Virus record (IMG/VR): IMGVR_UViG_2806310403_000001
Location: 1,848-65,847 of that record
Strand: one strand, 5' to 3'
DNA length: 64,000 nt
DNA from: a virus
Under the pieces are notes generated by a model that did no database searches, had not been told where the DNA came from, and saw only the letters and a program-made list of their open reading frames with translations. Below, one piece after another: positions 27,826 through 38,586 of the stretch (positions are counted from its first letter, which is position 1; each line of letters opens with the position of its first letter). The position numbers were made by a program, and so were the translations under genes.

Positions 27826-30032
27826 GTCAGCTCCCACCCATCACTTGTCCACCGTGCGGCCTGGCCATTTGGCATTGCGTAAATCGTCCCTATCTGTCTC
27901 TCTCCGACTCTGGCAGGCAGCTGCGCAACCGCCTGCTGCCCTCCCCCGCCCTCAACACGCTCCACCTGTCCGGTCCGCTGGTTGTAGCGGATCACACTAC
28001 CCTCGGTTGTTGATCCGTCCTGGTTCTTTGTCTGCGGCGTGACTTGCACGCGCCAATCGCTACCGTCCGCCCGGCCGAACACGTCGGGATACTGCTGCAC
28101 GAGCGACTGCCGTTCCTCTGGCGCGGCAGAGTCGTAGCGAGCGAGGATGCTGGCCCGTCGCTGAGCTTGACCGATTTCAAGATCACGCAAGCGCCCTGCA
28201 TCCGTCGCCTCCCCCTCTTTCAATGCCAATTCCCGGCTGTTGATAGCACTACGCCCACTCTCACGCATGTTCTCCGCGGAGATTTCGGCGGCTGACTGCT
28301 GAGACCGCGCCAGTCGATCGGCGTCTGCTGTGCGAGCCTCGGCACCCAGCCGCTCTGTTTGACTCTCCGCTCCAACCTGGGTGCGATAGACCTCTGCAAG
28401 CGCGGCTCGCTGCGAACGGGTCAAGCTGCTGTCATTCGAAAGTGAGTCGAGAACCCTTTTCCTCGCCGCCTGTGCGTTGCGATTCTCAGGGTCAAAGCCG
28501 AAGGCGGCCGGGGTTCTCCGACCACCCGAAGCCATAGCTGTTTGCGGCACCCCGCCGGATACCGCGCCAACTCTCTGAAGCGCGTCAATATCGCCGCGGG
28601 CCGCAGCCGCATCCTGCGCAGCCTTGACCTGCTGATATGCCGATGGTAAGCCCCGAGCGGATCCCATTGCAGAAGCGGCAACGGTGTCCACTCGACCGAA
28701 TCCGCTGCCACGGATGCCAGCACCAGGTAGAGCCTGCCCGTCTGCGCCGGTGTACGAAACCGGCCCACTCACATCCGTGCCGCTGAATGCCATACTGCCA
28801 TCAGGCTTACGCACCATCTGCACGCGACCCTGCGGGTTGTCAGCCGCGACCTGAGCGTTGGTTTTACCGGTTCGGCTGTCGGCCTCGTAGGCTACGGGAG
28901 AATTGCCCTGTGACTGCCGTGGCGCGGGGGGGGTCGGCTGCGCAAGCTCCGGCGACGCGACAGTATTCAGCGATGGATTCGCATAACGACCGGCGGTTGA
29001 GAGGCCGGAGACGCCCAAGAGCCCCTGAGACTCCGTGTTGACTCTTCCCGCGAGGCCCGTCTGTTGCGCCGCCGCTGTGCGCGTCGGCCCTGCTCCCGTC
29101 GCGTTATATGCAGGCGGAGGGGTGCTGGTCACACGCGGATTGGTCTGAGCCTCAACCTCTGGACGAAACGGCCGCACGCTTGCATTGCGCTGTCTCGGCA
29201 GCATAGCCGCACGAGCTTCTGCCGCACTCTGTGCGCCATTGGCGGAATAGTCTGCGCCCCACGCTGCCCGGCTCTGGGCGGTTTCAGCCTGCTGCTGCCG
29301 CGCCAGACCTTGCCGGTAATCGCGCTGGGTAGTTGGAGTCGTCAGACCTTGGTTGCTGCGTTCATTCTCATCAACCACGCCTCCACTGGCCAATTGCTGG
29401 CGCGGTTCATCCGGAATCCATCGGCCAGGAAAGCCACCAACGCGGCCACCATGCGCGAAGAACTGCTGCGGCTCTTTCTTTTGCTGCACGAATCGCTCAA
29501 ACCTCTCCGCATTAAAGCCAAGGCGCGGCTCTTCGGCAGGCTTTGGCGGCTTGCCAAGCCCTCGCGGCACATGCGTCTGGTCCTTCATCTGCTCAAGTGC
29601 CTTCACGCCCACGCCATGCACCTGCTCAGGCGAGAGAACATGCTCACCGTTGCTCAGTGCCACCGGCACATTCTTGCGCGGAAACAGGCCGCGCGGGCGC
29701 AAATGCTCCGGCAATTCGGGAGCTGGCGCGCGCGGCTTAGGGAACAGGCCGCGCGGCATGGCCACGCCGGGAATCTCAACAGGCGGCGGTGGCGGGCGAT
29801 TCTCAGGCGGCAATCCACGGGGCGGCTCGACGCCCATCGCGACCAGATTCTCATGACCCATCTTGTCGGTAGAGTCGGCGGGCATCACAAACGAGCCCTC
29901 GGGAAGATCGGTGCGCACGCTGTCCGAGGTACTGGTGCCGGGTCCGACAACGGGTCCGCGCTTTGGGAACAGCCCGCGCGGCTGGTGCATCTGCTCCCAC
30001 TGCTCTTGGTCTTTGATGTTAAATCCGTGCAT
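27822..30032 (-). CDS. Internal virion/ejection-type protein
   Basis: 736 aa; GPGTSTSDSV and LSNGEHVL motifs, repeated PRGLFP, low-complexity Ala/Gln. Confidence 0.65.
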   Translation of the reverse strand: MHGFNIKDQEQWEQMHQPRGLFPKRGPVVGPGTSTSDSVRTDLPEGSFVMPADSTDKMGHENLVAMGVEPPRGLPPENRPPPPPVEIPGVAMPRGLFPKPRAPAPELPEHLRPRGLFPRKNVPVALSNGEHVLSPEQVHGVGVKALEQMKDQTHVPRGLGKPPKPAEEPRLGFNAERFERFVQQKKEPQQFFAHGGRVGGFPGRWIPDEPRQQLASGGVVDENERSNQGLTTPTTQRDYRQGLARQQQAETAQSRAAWGADYSANGAQSAAEARAAMLPRQRNASVRPFRPEVEAQTNPRVTSTPPPAYNATGAGPTRTAAAQQTGLAGRVNTESQGLLGVSGLSTAGRYANPSLNTVASPELAQPTPPAPRQSQGNSPVAYEADSRTGKTNAQVAADNPQGRVQMVRKPDGSMAFSGTDVSGPVSYTGADGQALPGAGIRGSGFGRVDTVAASAMGSARGLPSAYQQVKAAQDAAAARGDIDALQRVGAVSGGVPQTAMASGGRRTPAAFGFDPENRNAQAARKRVLDSLSNDSSLTRSQRAALAEVYRTQVGAESQTERLGAEARTADADRLARSQQSAAEISAENMRESGRSAINSRELALKEGEATDAGRLRDLEIGQAQRRASILARYDSAAPEERQSLVQQYPDVFGRADGSDWRVQVTPQTKNQDGSTTEGSVIRYNQRTGQVERVEGGGGQQAVAQLPARVGERQIGTIYAMPNGQAARWTSDGWELT

Positions 30033-30059
30033 ATGGCAAAAGTCCCTTTGTCGCGTGAC

Positions 30060-30737
30060 TCACGCGAGGATTGAAACGTTCTGGTGCACCACGTCCTCTC
30101 GGGTGATGCGGCGCATGTCGCTGTCTGGCAGCGGGCCGAAGTAGCGCGTGAAAGCAGCCTCGGCATTGATCGATCGCTGGGGGTCGAACACCTCAGTGTC
30201 AGGAATGCTGAACGCCTGGTGCAGGACCCACTGGATCAAATGCACATGACTGGCCTGGTGAATCTCTGGCTCGTCGCTGGGCTGATCCAGCCTGCGCAAT
30301 GGCAGTCGGTACGCTTCGATCTCCAGCACCTCGCCATCCACCAACTTGCCTACCAGCGTCAGCGTGGTTTCGTCCTGCAGCGCCCAGATGGCCGGGCAGT
30401 CCATTGCACGCCAATCCCGCGCGTGCTGGTCCAGCCACTCAGGCGCCTTGATCGCCACACGTCGCACATCGCGGCGCGGGTGGTCAGGCGCCGGCTGAAT
30501 CTGCAGCGAGATGATTTCATAGAGGGCCGGATGCAGAGGGTACGCCTGCTGCCCGGCCAGCAGATCAATTCTGCAGACAGCAGGAGTTGTGGTATCGCGC
30601 AGCAAGCGGCCACGAACGGACGCCTGATCCTGCGCATCGTTGAACCAATCCGTCAGCTCCGCATCGCTCCAGAAATACGGCTCGACCTTGTCGTTTGCCA
30701 GCGTACGAAACCGGCGAATCAGTTCAGAAAGGGTCAT
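30060..30737 (-). CDS. Head-tail adaptor-like protein
   Basis: MTLSELIRRFR..ANDKVEPYFWSDAELTDWFNDAQ pattern; position after capsid genes. Confidence 0.65.
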   Translation of the reverse strand: MTLSELIRRFRTLANDKVEPYFWSDAELTDWFNDAQDQASVRGRLLRDTTTPAVCRIDLLAGQQAYPLHPALYEIISLQIQPAPDHPRRDVRRVAIKAPEWLDQHARDWRAMDCPAIWALQDETTLTLVGKLVDGEVLEIEAYRLPLRRLDQPSDEPEIHQASHVHLIQWVLHQAFSIPDTEVFDPQRSINAEAAFTRYFGPLPDSDMRRITREDVVHQNVSILA

Positions 30738-31147
30738 CAGATCACCCCATGCGCTTCCACGAGGTTCTGCACCTCGATGCGCAGCGTGCCGACGGCCTTG
30801 CGCTTGTCCAACTCGACCTCATAGCGCTTGGCGTAGGCCTCAAGAGCGGCTTTATCCATGCTCTCGATCTCGGCCAGCACACCAGCGAGCAGATCGGCCT
30901 GTTGCTTGGCCTCGGCCTCTGCCGCTTCTTGCGCCGCCTTGGCCTGTTGGACTTCGGCGTCCTCTTGCTTGGCTGCAGGGTCGGCCTGTTGCTTGGCCTC
31001 GGCAGGCTGGAACTCCGCAAAGCGCAGTAGCATCTTCGCGTCAAGCTCCGGCACCAGCTTGGCATCGCCTGGCGCCCAGACATTGCGCAGCTTCGTCGCG
31101 TCGCGGTAGGGCTTGCGCCCGGTGTATTGGATCTTGATGAAATTCAT
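30737..31147 (-). CDS. Head-associated hypothetical protein
   Basis: 136 aa, GGAGG RBS. Confidence 0.65.
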   Translation of the reverse strand: MNFIKIQYTGRKPYRDATKLRNVWAPGDAKLVPELDAKMLLRFAEFQPAEAKQQADPAAKQEDAEVQQAKAAQEAAEAEAKQQADLLAGVLAEIESMDKAALEAYAKRYEVELDKRKAVGTLRIEVQNLVEAHGVI

Positions 31148-31189
31148 GAATGCCTCCTGCGGCCAGCCGGTCGCCCGGCCAGCCTGTTC

Positions 31190-31669
31190 TTAGTTGACGC
31201 CTTCGGCAATACCGAAGATGACAACCTCGACCTCGGACGCCTTGGCGTTGTCTGCGCCGGCCAATGTCAACGTCAGGTAGGCATCCTTCTTCAGGACCAC
31301 CGTGCCGTTGGCCGTCGCATTGCGCAGGCGCGCAGCGGCGGACAGCACCAGCCCGGTGCCAAAGTAGTCATCGTCTTGTGGTGCAGCGGTGTCGTCCTTG
31401 CCGTCCACATAGGCGAAGCCCAGCTTTCCTGTGACGCTGGCCGTCAGGCCAACCTTGACCAGCACCTGGCTGTCCACGAAACGGAAACCCGCTGGCAGGA
31501 TGCCGATGCGGATCACATCGCCTTGGGCCGCCGCAGCCGTGGAGTCGGAGTTGAGAACCGCGCCAGCGGCATTGGTAGCCAGCAGATAGCGCAGCGCGGA
31601 CAGGTTGCCCCAGGGAGTAGAGCCCAGCGACACACCTGCGTCCTTGATCGTCTTGGTAATGGTTGCCAT
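31190..31669 (-). CDS. Capsid decoration/cement-like protein
   Basis: 159 aa directly after the capsid gene; GGAGG RBS. Confidence 0.65.
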   Translation of the reverse strand: MATITKTIKDAGVSLGSTPWGNLSALRYLLATNAAGAVLNSDSTAAAAQGDVIRIGILPAGFRFVDSQVLVKVGLTASVTGKLGFAYVDGKDDTAAPQDDDYFGTGLVLSAAARLRNATANGTVVLKKDAYLTLTLAGADNAKASEVEVVIFGIAEGVN

Positions 31670-31708
31670 GTCGGCCTCCGTAGAAATGCGTTGAAATGAA
31701 TTGAGTGG

Positions 31709-31732
31709 AAAACAGCAGGGCCGAAGCCCTGC
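31709..31732 (-). terminator. Terminator-like hairpin after the major capsid gene
   Basis: GCAGGGC-TTCG-GCCCTGC then TGTTTT. Confidence 0.65.
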
Positions 31733-31741
31733 GTGTGCCGC

Positions 31742-33043
31742 TTAGGCGGTGCGCTCGCCAGGGATGATCTTCACCGCCGTGTCGATCGCGATTGCGCCGT
31801 GGTCGGTGATGTGCTTGACGCCGTTGCCTTGATCCACCGCCCAGCGCACTTTGCTCGAGCCCTGGATGGCGCCGATCAGCAGTTCGCGCTTGTCGTCGTG
31901 GTCAAACGTCTTCTCTTTCCAGAAGAACGGCATGCCACCGTGGCCGCTGGCCGCGAAGGCTTGCGCAACCGCCTGGCCGCCCAGCAGGATGGCGCGATCC
32001 ACTGCGTGCGTGGTGCCAAACGAAGCTGGGACAGTCGCCACGCTTTCAGTCTCGCTGGTGAACGACGCCGCATAGCGGATTTCGTCGCCGGCGTAGAAGC
32101 GGATCGGCTTGGGCATCTTGCAGATCAGCACACCGTTCCACAGCCCCACCTCGCCCAGGAACAGCGGATGCTGCTTGGCCTTGGCTGCGCGATTCATCGC
32201 CGCGACCTGGAGCTGGCGGAATTGCGGATCAGCGGCGAACGCGTGGTACTGCGCAGGCGATACCAGCAGGCAGCGCAGCGGCGAGTCCTCGGCCACGATG
32301 TCACCGGGGATCTTCACCGCGGGCGGTGGCAGCTGGATGGATTCGATGGTGGTACGGATGCCATCCACCACGTCCATGCTCAGCACATCGGTCGTCTGCA
32401 GGCCAATCTCACCGCCGGCGACGCTGACAGGCGCCACGCCGTGCGTGCCATCGGCCAGGTAGTGGCGGTTCTTGGTCGGCGCCAGCACCGGGTTGACCAG
32501 GAATTCCGCAAACTGCGGATGGTCAGCGGTAGGTACACGCCACTCGATGCCAGTCTGGAAGCCGCGCGCGCCAGCCATGTGCACCAGTAGCGATTGATCC
32601 AGGAACGCATCCATCACGCTTTGAGCCACCGGGCGGCCCAGCTTGCGGAAATCCACCACCGAGCGCAGACCAGTCATGGTGTCGCCCAGATCCACCGGAA
32701 GACGTGCTTGGTTCACGCGGACACGCGCCTGATCGTATGTCAAACCAGTGCCCTTGCCCTCGGCCATGCGGCTGCCCATGATCGGGTATGCGCCGAACGG
32801 CTGCAAGAACTGGAACTCAACCTCGTCGCCTTTGCCGCGCGACAGGTCAACCGTTTTGACGATTGGCATGTCTGCCGTGGTCTGCTTGCGGATGGTCTCG
32901 GAGGCACCTCCTTCACCCTTGGGCAAGGTGCCAGACAGGCGACCCAACGTCGAATTGCGCTGCATGGACTGCGCGAACAGCCCTGCAGCCTGAACATACA
33001 TGGCCTTCTCGGAAGCGGCGGCCACGACGGTTTTATTGGTCAT
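31742..33043 (-). CDS. Major capsid protein, N4-gp56/DUF4043 family
   Basis: DLSRGKGDEVEFQF...G.RMAEGKG, LF.GEVGLWNGVL, RAILLGGQA, DHGAIAIDTAV. Confidence 0.85.
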   Translation of the reverse strand: MTNKTVVAAASEKAMYVQAAGLFAQSMQRNSTLGRLSGTLPKGEGGASETIRKQTTADMPIVKTVDLSRGKGDEVEFQFLQPFGAYPIMGSRMAEGKGTGLTYDQARVRVNQARLPVDLGDTMTGLRSVVDFRKLGRPVAQSVMDAFLDQSLLVHMAGARGFQTGIEWRVPTADHPQFAEFLVNPVLAPTKNRHYLADGTHGVAPVSVAGGEIGLQTTDVLSMDVVDGIRTTIESIQLPPPAVKIPGDIVAEDSPLRCLLVSPAQYHAFAADPQFRQLQVAAMNRAAKAKQHPLFLGEVGLWNGVLICKMPKPIRFYAGDEIRYAASFTSETESVATVPASFGTTHAVDRAILLGGQAVAQAFAASGHGGMPFFWKEKTFDHDDKRELLIGAIQGSSKVRWAVDQGNGVKHITDHGAIAIDTAVKIIPGERTA

Positions 33044-33104
33044 GATGACCTCCTTCAATTGGATTGCGTGGGCGACTCATCAAAAAGTGGCCCGGTTGAT
33101 TTGG

Positions 33105-34100
33105 TTAGACCGCGTTCATCACGCGTTCGAGTTGCTCCGGCGTCATGCCCGCCATGCGATCCAGCAGTGATGCGGGGTTCTCTGCTGATTCCAGCGTCTG
33201 CTGCACCACGTCCGTGTGCGGCGCCCCGGCAACGTCAGAGAGAGAATTGGGGACATACTTTGGCACCTCCGGCGCCTTGGGCTTGTCCTGCGTTACGGGC
33301 TTGTGCTGGGCCTTGAATGTGTCCAGTACCTCCACGATTTCCGCAGCCGATCCATTGCCCACCGTACTCTCCACGCTTGAGCGCATGAACGACGGCAGCG
33401 ATTTCAGCCATGCGGCGTACTCTGCGGACTGAACAATCTCGTGCGCATCTGCGTGTTTGCTCAGGATGGCCTGCTGATGCGCTTGCTCTGCGGTTTGATG
33501 CTGCTGATTCGCATAGGGCGTCAACGCCTGCTCCTGCTCGGACTTGAGCCGCTGGAACAGCCGCTCTTCCGCCTGGGCGGCAAGCATTCGCATCCCGTTG
33601 GCCATAGCCTCTGCAGAGAAATCGCCGAACAGCGAAACATCCGCGCCACTTTCGATAGCCCCCTGAACAGACTCCAGCGTCTTGTCTGCACTGGTCTGTG
33701 CTTGGCCGGCATCCGCTCTGGCCTGCGCTTGGTCTTGCGCCTGGGCGATATTGGCCTGCTGCTTCGCGCTCAGCTCGGCAAGTTGCTGCTCGAGCGCCTG
33801 AGCGCGGGCTTCGGCCTGCTGGGCACGATCACGAGCCTCAACCAGCTTTTCGTAGGGGATCGTGTACGTACCAGACTTGCTGGCGATGGGCGCGCCTTCG
33901 GGCGCGTCATCCGACTCGCCGCCATTGCCCGTGCCATTGCCTTCGTCCTGCTTTCGCTCGGACTGCTGGCCTTGCTGGGCACCGCCTTGCTGCTGCTCTG
34001 GCTCTTTGGCGTCTCCAGCGCCCTGCTCACCATCCAGCGACAGTTCACCGTTTTCTGCCTGCGCCAACAGCGCTGCAGCTTCCTGAGGGGTCAAACTCAT
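33105..34100 (-). CDS. Scaffolding-like protein
   Basis: Acidic/Gln-rich coiled coil between portal and capsid. Confidence 0.7.
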   Translation of the reverse strand: MSLTPQEAAALLAQAENGELSLDGEQGAGDAKEPEQQQGGAQQGQQSERKQDEGNGTGNGGESDDAPEGAPIASKSGTYTIPYEKLVEARDRAQQAEARAQALEQQLAELSAKQQANIAQAQDQAQARADAGQAQTSADKTLESVQGAIESGADVSLFGDFSAEAMANGMRMLAAQAEERLFQRLKSEQEQALTPYANQQHQTAEQAHQQAILSKHADAHEIVQSAEYAAWLKSLPSFMRSSVESTVGNGSAAEIVEVLDTFKAQHKPVTQDKPKAPEVPKYVPNSLSDVAGAPHTDVVQQTLESAENPASLLDRMAGMTPEQLERVMNAV

Positions 34101-34259
34101 GCTCACTCCGCACCGGACATCCATCCGGTCAAGCGCAAGCGATCGAGCGGAAGGCCGGCACCGAAGCCGCCACCCGTCACACTCTCCTGCCGCGGGAAAT
34201 GCCATCTCGCATTACGAGATGGTCAACTTCTCCAAACGTTGTGCGTATGGATTGGCAGC

Positions 34260-34301
34260 AGTGTTTAGCGGTCGGCTTGAAACTCAAAACCCTATACGGG
34301 G
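34260..34301 (-). promoter_or_regulatory. Late-promoter motif copy 5 (CCCCGTATAGGGTT-N22-AACACT), with a ~150-nt leader
   Basis: Same motif and spacing, upstream of scaffold/capsid. Confidence 0.75.
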
Positions 34302-36547
34302 TCGGCCGCGATGTTGTCCTCAATCCGCTGCGTTTCGATCCCATCCATGCCCCGCCCTGGCTCTTGCGGCACCGGCGGGAATGCTGGGCTGGTGTTCTGC
34401 GGAACATCTGCGGCCGCGCCGCCAAGTCCAGACTGCGGTTCCAGCGGCGCGGCCGCAGGCACCGGGAAATCCGGGTCATCTCCATCCGGCGTCGGTCTCT
34501 GGTAGCCACTGGACTGCATGATGACGTCAGCGATAGGCGCGATCATCGGCATCTGCGCGATCTGTGCGCCGGCCTGCATGGCGCTGTAGCTGGCCTGCAC
34601 ACCGGTCTGCACCTGTTGGGCGGCCATCAACTTCTCGCGCGCGGCAATCTCACGCTCTCGCAGAGCCAGTTCACGCTCCTTCAAGTCGTGCATCAGTTCC
34701 TGCTTGACCTGCTCCCTGATCTGCTCAGGGTCAGCTTGCGCTGTCGCCTGCTGGATCGCCTGCACAACCTGCTCTTTGCGCGGCAGGTCCATCAAATCGA
34801 CCATGAACGGCATCATCACCTGTTGCACGGTAGGCGGCAACGCCTTGACCGCCTCGCTCAGCGCGTTCAGTTGCTGCGCTCGGAACCCGCTCGATGACGG
34901 AACATCCTCCAGCGCAACCATCAGCTTCGTGCGATTGATGTCGTTGCTCAGGTACTCAATGCCTGTCTGCGGATCCACCTCGGGATGGTTAATGACCACG
35001 GTGCGTGGCGGGTCGAGCACGTCGCCTTCGATCACAATGACCTGCTCTTGCTTGCCCATGTCTTCGATGATCAGCGCCATCAGCAACTCGCCCACCAGCG
35101 TACGGCTGTCCTTGAACCCATCCATCAGGTCGGCCAGCGAGATTTCCGACTGCTCAAGCTGTGTCTGCTCCTGCAAACCGCTCGTCGCAGTGCCCTTCTG
35201 CCCCTGGAACGACGCCGTGATGCCCGAGACGCGCTGCACCGCCTCGCGACTGTCCGTCATCAACTGGAACTGCTGGGCGTTGAGCTGGAAGTCTCGGTGC
35301 ACCTCGAACCGCGCGCCCTGCTTGGCCATGTGCTGTTCATCCAACACGATGTCCGCACTGGCGCGGGCAATCTGCTGGCGGAACTGCGCATCACTCATCG
35401 CCACCGCACCCTTGGTTCGCTCCGTACGCACCGATGCCATACCCCAGCGCAGCTTGGCAGTCGTCGCATTCAGGTTGTCCTGCGGAAAAATCATGTCCCG
35501 CACCAACCCATACGGGATGCCGGTCATGTCCTCGCGGTAACCCCAAACCGGCACGTAGGGGAAATGCTGGTGCGAGTACGGGGTCGGGCCGTCATGCAGG
35601 CAGTGCGGCCCAATCCAGAACGCCCGGCGCATGCGCGCAACGATCTGCTCCTGCAACCTGCCGCGCCCAATCGCCAGCGCAGCTTGGTGCAACTCATTGG
35701 CTTCGTCAAACTCGACCGCCCGGCCATCGCGCATCACCAACATCACAACCGGAACCCAGCGGCGATACCAAACCTCGGTTATTGCGACTGTCTGATTTTC
35801 CTCGTTGTACCAGTTGTCCTCGTGAACCGTCCAGGCGCGCTCAGCCTCTGCGGCTGCCAGCAGGCCAGTGGACTGGCCGCCCTCCAGCATCTCGCCCACG
35901 TTATCCGCAATCCACTTATCCATCGACCGCATGATCACGTCGCGATGCCCAGGGAACAACTGCGCCGCTTTTGTACGATCCACCCAACGGCGGCGGTAGA
36001 GCCAGCGCGCATCGGCAAGGTCTGGCTCCTGGCACTTCATGTCCCACCAGATTTCGTTGCGGTGGATATAGCGGCAACGAAAAGGAAACTCCAGCGAATT
36101 AGGAGGGCGCGCCACTTCAACCCAGCCCAACCCCACTGTCACTGCAGCGCGAAACGCCTGCGACAGCGCTCGATCTGCTTTCGAGTGGCGCTCGGCTTGA
36201 TTGAGGCGGAAATTGATCGCGTCCGCCACATCCTGGCCACCCGGCTCGCCATCAGGTGTCACGCGCCAATCCGTGCGCGTTTTCGCCTCATAGCCGCACA
36301 CCGCGGCGATTGCAGGTGTGATGATGTTCTCCTTGGCTGGCGGGATGCCCAGCTCGGCCTGCTTTCTCAGCAGGTCGGTCGATAGCTGGTTGCCGTCGGC
36401 GTAGTCCGCTTCCTTGTCCGCATTCACGCGCCAGGGTGGCTGGTTGATCGCCTCGCGCACGATGGCGGCGAACTCGTTGAGCGTTAATGGCGTGTCTGCG
36501 CCATCCTGTACCTCATGTTCATCAAGGATGTTGGTTGTCATGTCCAT
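34292..36547 (-). CDS. Portal protein
   Basis: ~750 aa after TerL; DYADGNQ, HFPYVPVWGYR...PYGLVRDM.PQD.LN. Confidence 0.85.
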   Translation of the reverse strand: MDMTTNILDEHEVQDGADTPLTLNEFAAIVREAINQPPWRVNADKEADYADGNQLSTDLLRKQAELGIPPAKENIITPAIAAVCGYEAKTRTDWRVTPDGEPGGQDVADAINFRLNQAERHSKADRALSQAFRAAVTVGLGWVEVARPPNSLEFPFRCRYIHRNEIWWDMKCQEPDLADARWLYRRRWVDRTKAAQLFPGHRDVIMRSMDKWIADNVGEMLEGGQSTGLLAAAEAERAWTVHEDNWYNEENQTVAITEVWYRRWVPVVMLVMRDGRAVEFDEANELHQAALAIGRGRLQEQIVARMRRAFWIGPHCLHDGPTPYSHQHFPYVPVWGYREDMTGIPYGLVRDMIFPQDNLNATTAKLRWGMASVRTERTKGAVAMSDAQFRQQIARASADIVLDEQHMAKQGARFEVHRDFQLNAQQFQLMTDSREAVQRVSGITASFQGQKGTATSGLQEQTQLEQSEISLADLMDGFKDSRTLVGELLMALIIEDMGKQEQVIVIEGDVLDPPRTVVINHPEVDPQTGIEYLSNDINRTKLMVALEDVPSSSGFRAQQLNALSEAVKALPPTVQQVMMPFMVDLMDLPRKEQVVQAIQQATAQADPEQIREQVKQELMHDLKERELALREREIAAREKLMAAQQVQTGVQASYSAMQAGAQIAQMPMIAPIADVIMQSSGYQRPTPDGDDPDFPVPAAAPLEPQSGLGGAAADVPQNTSPAFPPVPQEPGRGMDGIETQRIEDNIAADPV

Positions 36548-36554
36548 GGTTGCC

Positions 36555-37865
36555 TCACATGCGCCAGTCGTCAGGCGGCGGTGGTTCGTAGGTATGCGTT
36601 GTCGGGGCCTCATGCGCCACAGCCATCAGCCCAAAAGCATCTGCCCCGTGTGACGCCCAGTCGTGGTTCGGGCCAAGGCCAATACCTCGGTTCTGATCCC
36701 GCTTCTCGTGATACCAACCCAGCGCTGCGCGACCAGGTTCGGTGGCAACCTCGTCGAACCACATACTTGGGAACAGCCTGCGCGCCGCCTCGATGCGCTG
36801 TTTTGCTGCGCCAGCGCCTTGGTTTGGCACCGTCGTCACCGTGTAACCTGCAGCCTGAAAAGCGCCTTCAAACGTCATTGGTTGAATGCGGTCATGCGTC
36901 AATCCATCATGGGGCAACCAGATTTGCAGCCTGTCTGGCGTGTAGCCTCGCTCGCGCATCCACTCAAGGTGCGTAGCCAGGGGCTGGCCAACTGCCTCGT
37001 AGTAATCGAGCACGCGGATTTGCAAGCCCACAAACTGCGCAATCCAGACAGCAAACGCATCTGCCCGCGCCCCAGTTCCGCCCAGGTCGATGAAGCCTCG
37101 CAACGCCATCAACGGGTCGGCGGTGACAGCACCAATGCGCCCTTGCTCCTTTGCCTTGGCAAGATACTTGGCGTAGTAGGCCCCCTCAAGCACCGTGGCG
37201 TACTCGCCATCCCAAACATGCGGATACTGCTCCGGCCGCTCTTCCATATCGCGCTGGCGCGCGCGCTCAAGGATCGCAGGAAAGCGCGGGTTGTCGCGCC
37301 AGTTCAGCTCCACTACCTTTGTTCTCGGATCTTTGGTTGCGCGAAAACGCTTTTCTACTGGTGCAGTACGCCGTAGTGGGTTCCATGTAACCCACAGCTC
37401 TGCACTCCAATCGTCACCTTCTTCTCGCAGCGTTGGAATCAACGTTGACCACGCTAAATCGGTGACGGGCTCTGCCTCATCAACCCAGCACAGAAGGATG
37501 CGGCCTTTCGATTTGATGCTGGCAATGTTTCGATCCAGGCCAGCAAACGCAAAGCTGATCCGCCCATCGCGGCTTTTGATGTACTTGTCTCCGATCTCGT
37601 AGTACGCCGCCAGGAACGGTTCATCCTCGATCGCACGCTTGCACTCCTCTAAAGATGAATCCTCCAGGGAGTTCATAAATTGTCGCGCACACACCAGAAT
37701 TCCCTTGATTCCGCGCTGGCCGAACCGATACCCAGCGACAGCCACCATCTTTGCGAAACTTCGCGTCTTAGCGCTTCCGCGACCGCCATAGGCGCCACGG
37801 AAGTCTGCCTCACCCTCGAAAACAGGGATCAGCTTTGCTGGCAGCGTGATCTTCACCTTGCTCAT
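36555..37865 (-). CDS. terL: Terminase large subunit (PBSX/Terminase_3-type)
   Basis: YGGRGSAKT Walker A, CWVDEAE Walker B, DLG and HDWASHGADAF nuclease motifs. Confidence 0.92.
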   Translation of the reverse strand: MSKVKITLPAKLIPVFEGEADFRGAYGGRGSAKTRSFAKMVAVAGYRFGQRGIKGILVCARQFMNSLEDSSLEECKRAIEDEPFLAAYYEIGDKYIKSRDGRISFAFAGLDRNIASIKSKGRILLCWVDEAEPVTDLAWSTLIPTLREEGDDWSAELWVTWNPLRRTAPVEKRFRATKDPRTKVVELNWRDNPRFPAILERARQRDMEERPEQYPHVWDGEYATVLEGAYYAKYLAKAKEQGRIGAVTADPLMALRGFIDLGGTGARADAFAVWIAQFVGLQIRVLDYYEAVGQPLATHLEWMRERGYTPDRLQIWLPHDGLTHDRIQPMTFEGAFQAAGYTVTTVPNQGAGAAKQRIEAARRLFPSMWFDEVATEPGRAALGWYHEKRDQNRGIGLGPNHDWASHGADAFGLMAVAHEAPTTHTYEPPPPDDWRM

Positions 37866-38419
37866 TTCATCGCCACCAGTTCAATAATGCGTGGTGCTTC
37901 TGGCGCCGGCGGCTCATTGAGCTTCGTTACCGCTTCCTTATTCGCAGCCAGCAGGTTGAGTGCGATGCTGCTGGACTCGTTGGCAAGCTTCGTGAGCGCT
38001 GCAACGCCCTTCATCGCCTCCAGGCTCTCACGGTTTAGCGGGTCTGCGTCATCGACCTTTGAAACTTCTGCATGCGCCAGGGCGCTCAACCGGTGCGCAG
38101 TAGCCGACCCGTACTCAGCAGCGCTGGCCAGATGCTGGCTAATTCTTGTCAGGCTGCTTGTGAGCGTCTGGAACTGTGCCTGCATAACTGGCGGCATAGC
38201 TTCGACGATCCTAGTGATTTCCTTGCTCTTAGCGTCAGCCGCAACCTTTTGCTCTGCCAATTTCCGAATCTCGGACTTTTTCGGACTTATTTTTCTCCGG
38301 ATCGCCGCTTCATCAATTCCGAACTCACGCGCGAGAGCGCTTACCGACTCTCCATCTACAAAGTGCCGGCGTTCAACCTCATCCCATTGCTCTGGTGTCA
38401 GGCGAGATTTTCGGCCCAT
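37862..38419 (-). CDS. terS: Terminase small subunit-like protein (N-terminal HTH)
   Basis: MGRKSRLTPEQW..VERR...GESVSALAREFGI; overlaps TerL start; AGGAG RBS. Confidence 0.7.
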   Translation of the reverse strand: MGRKSRLTPEQWDEVERRHFVDGESVSALAREFGIDEAAIRRKISPKKSEIRKLAEQKVAADAKSKEITRIVEAMPPVMQAQFQTLTSSLTRISQHLASAAEYGSATAHRLSALAHAEVSKVDDADPLNRESLEAMKGVAALTKLANESSSIALNLLAANKEAVTKLNEPPAPEAPRIIELVAMK

Positions 38420-38586
38420 GACTCGAACTCCTTTCTGACCTGAGAGATCGTGGCGAATGGTGCGTATTGGATGACCTGCACACCAGCGGCAGCGCAGGCC
38501 ACATCGTTTCTGGATTGCAGGAAGTTGCACGCAACCTGAAAAAGTTGCTGTGCATCTGTCAGTTTCGATTTGCGTCCCATCCCATG

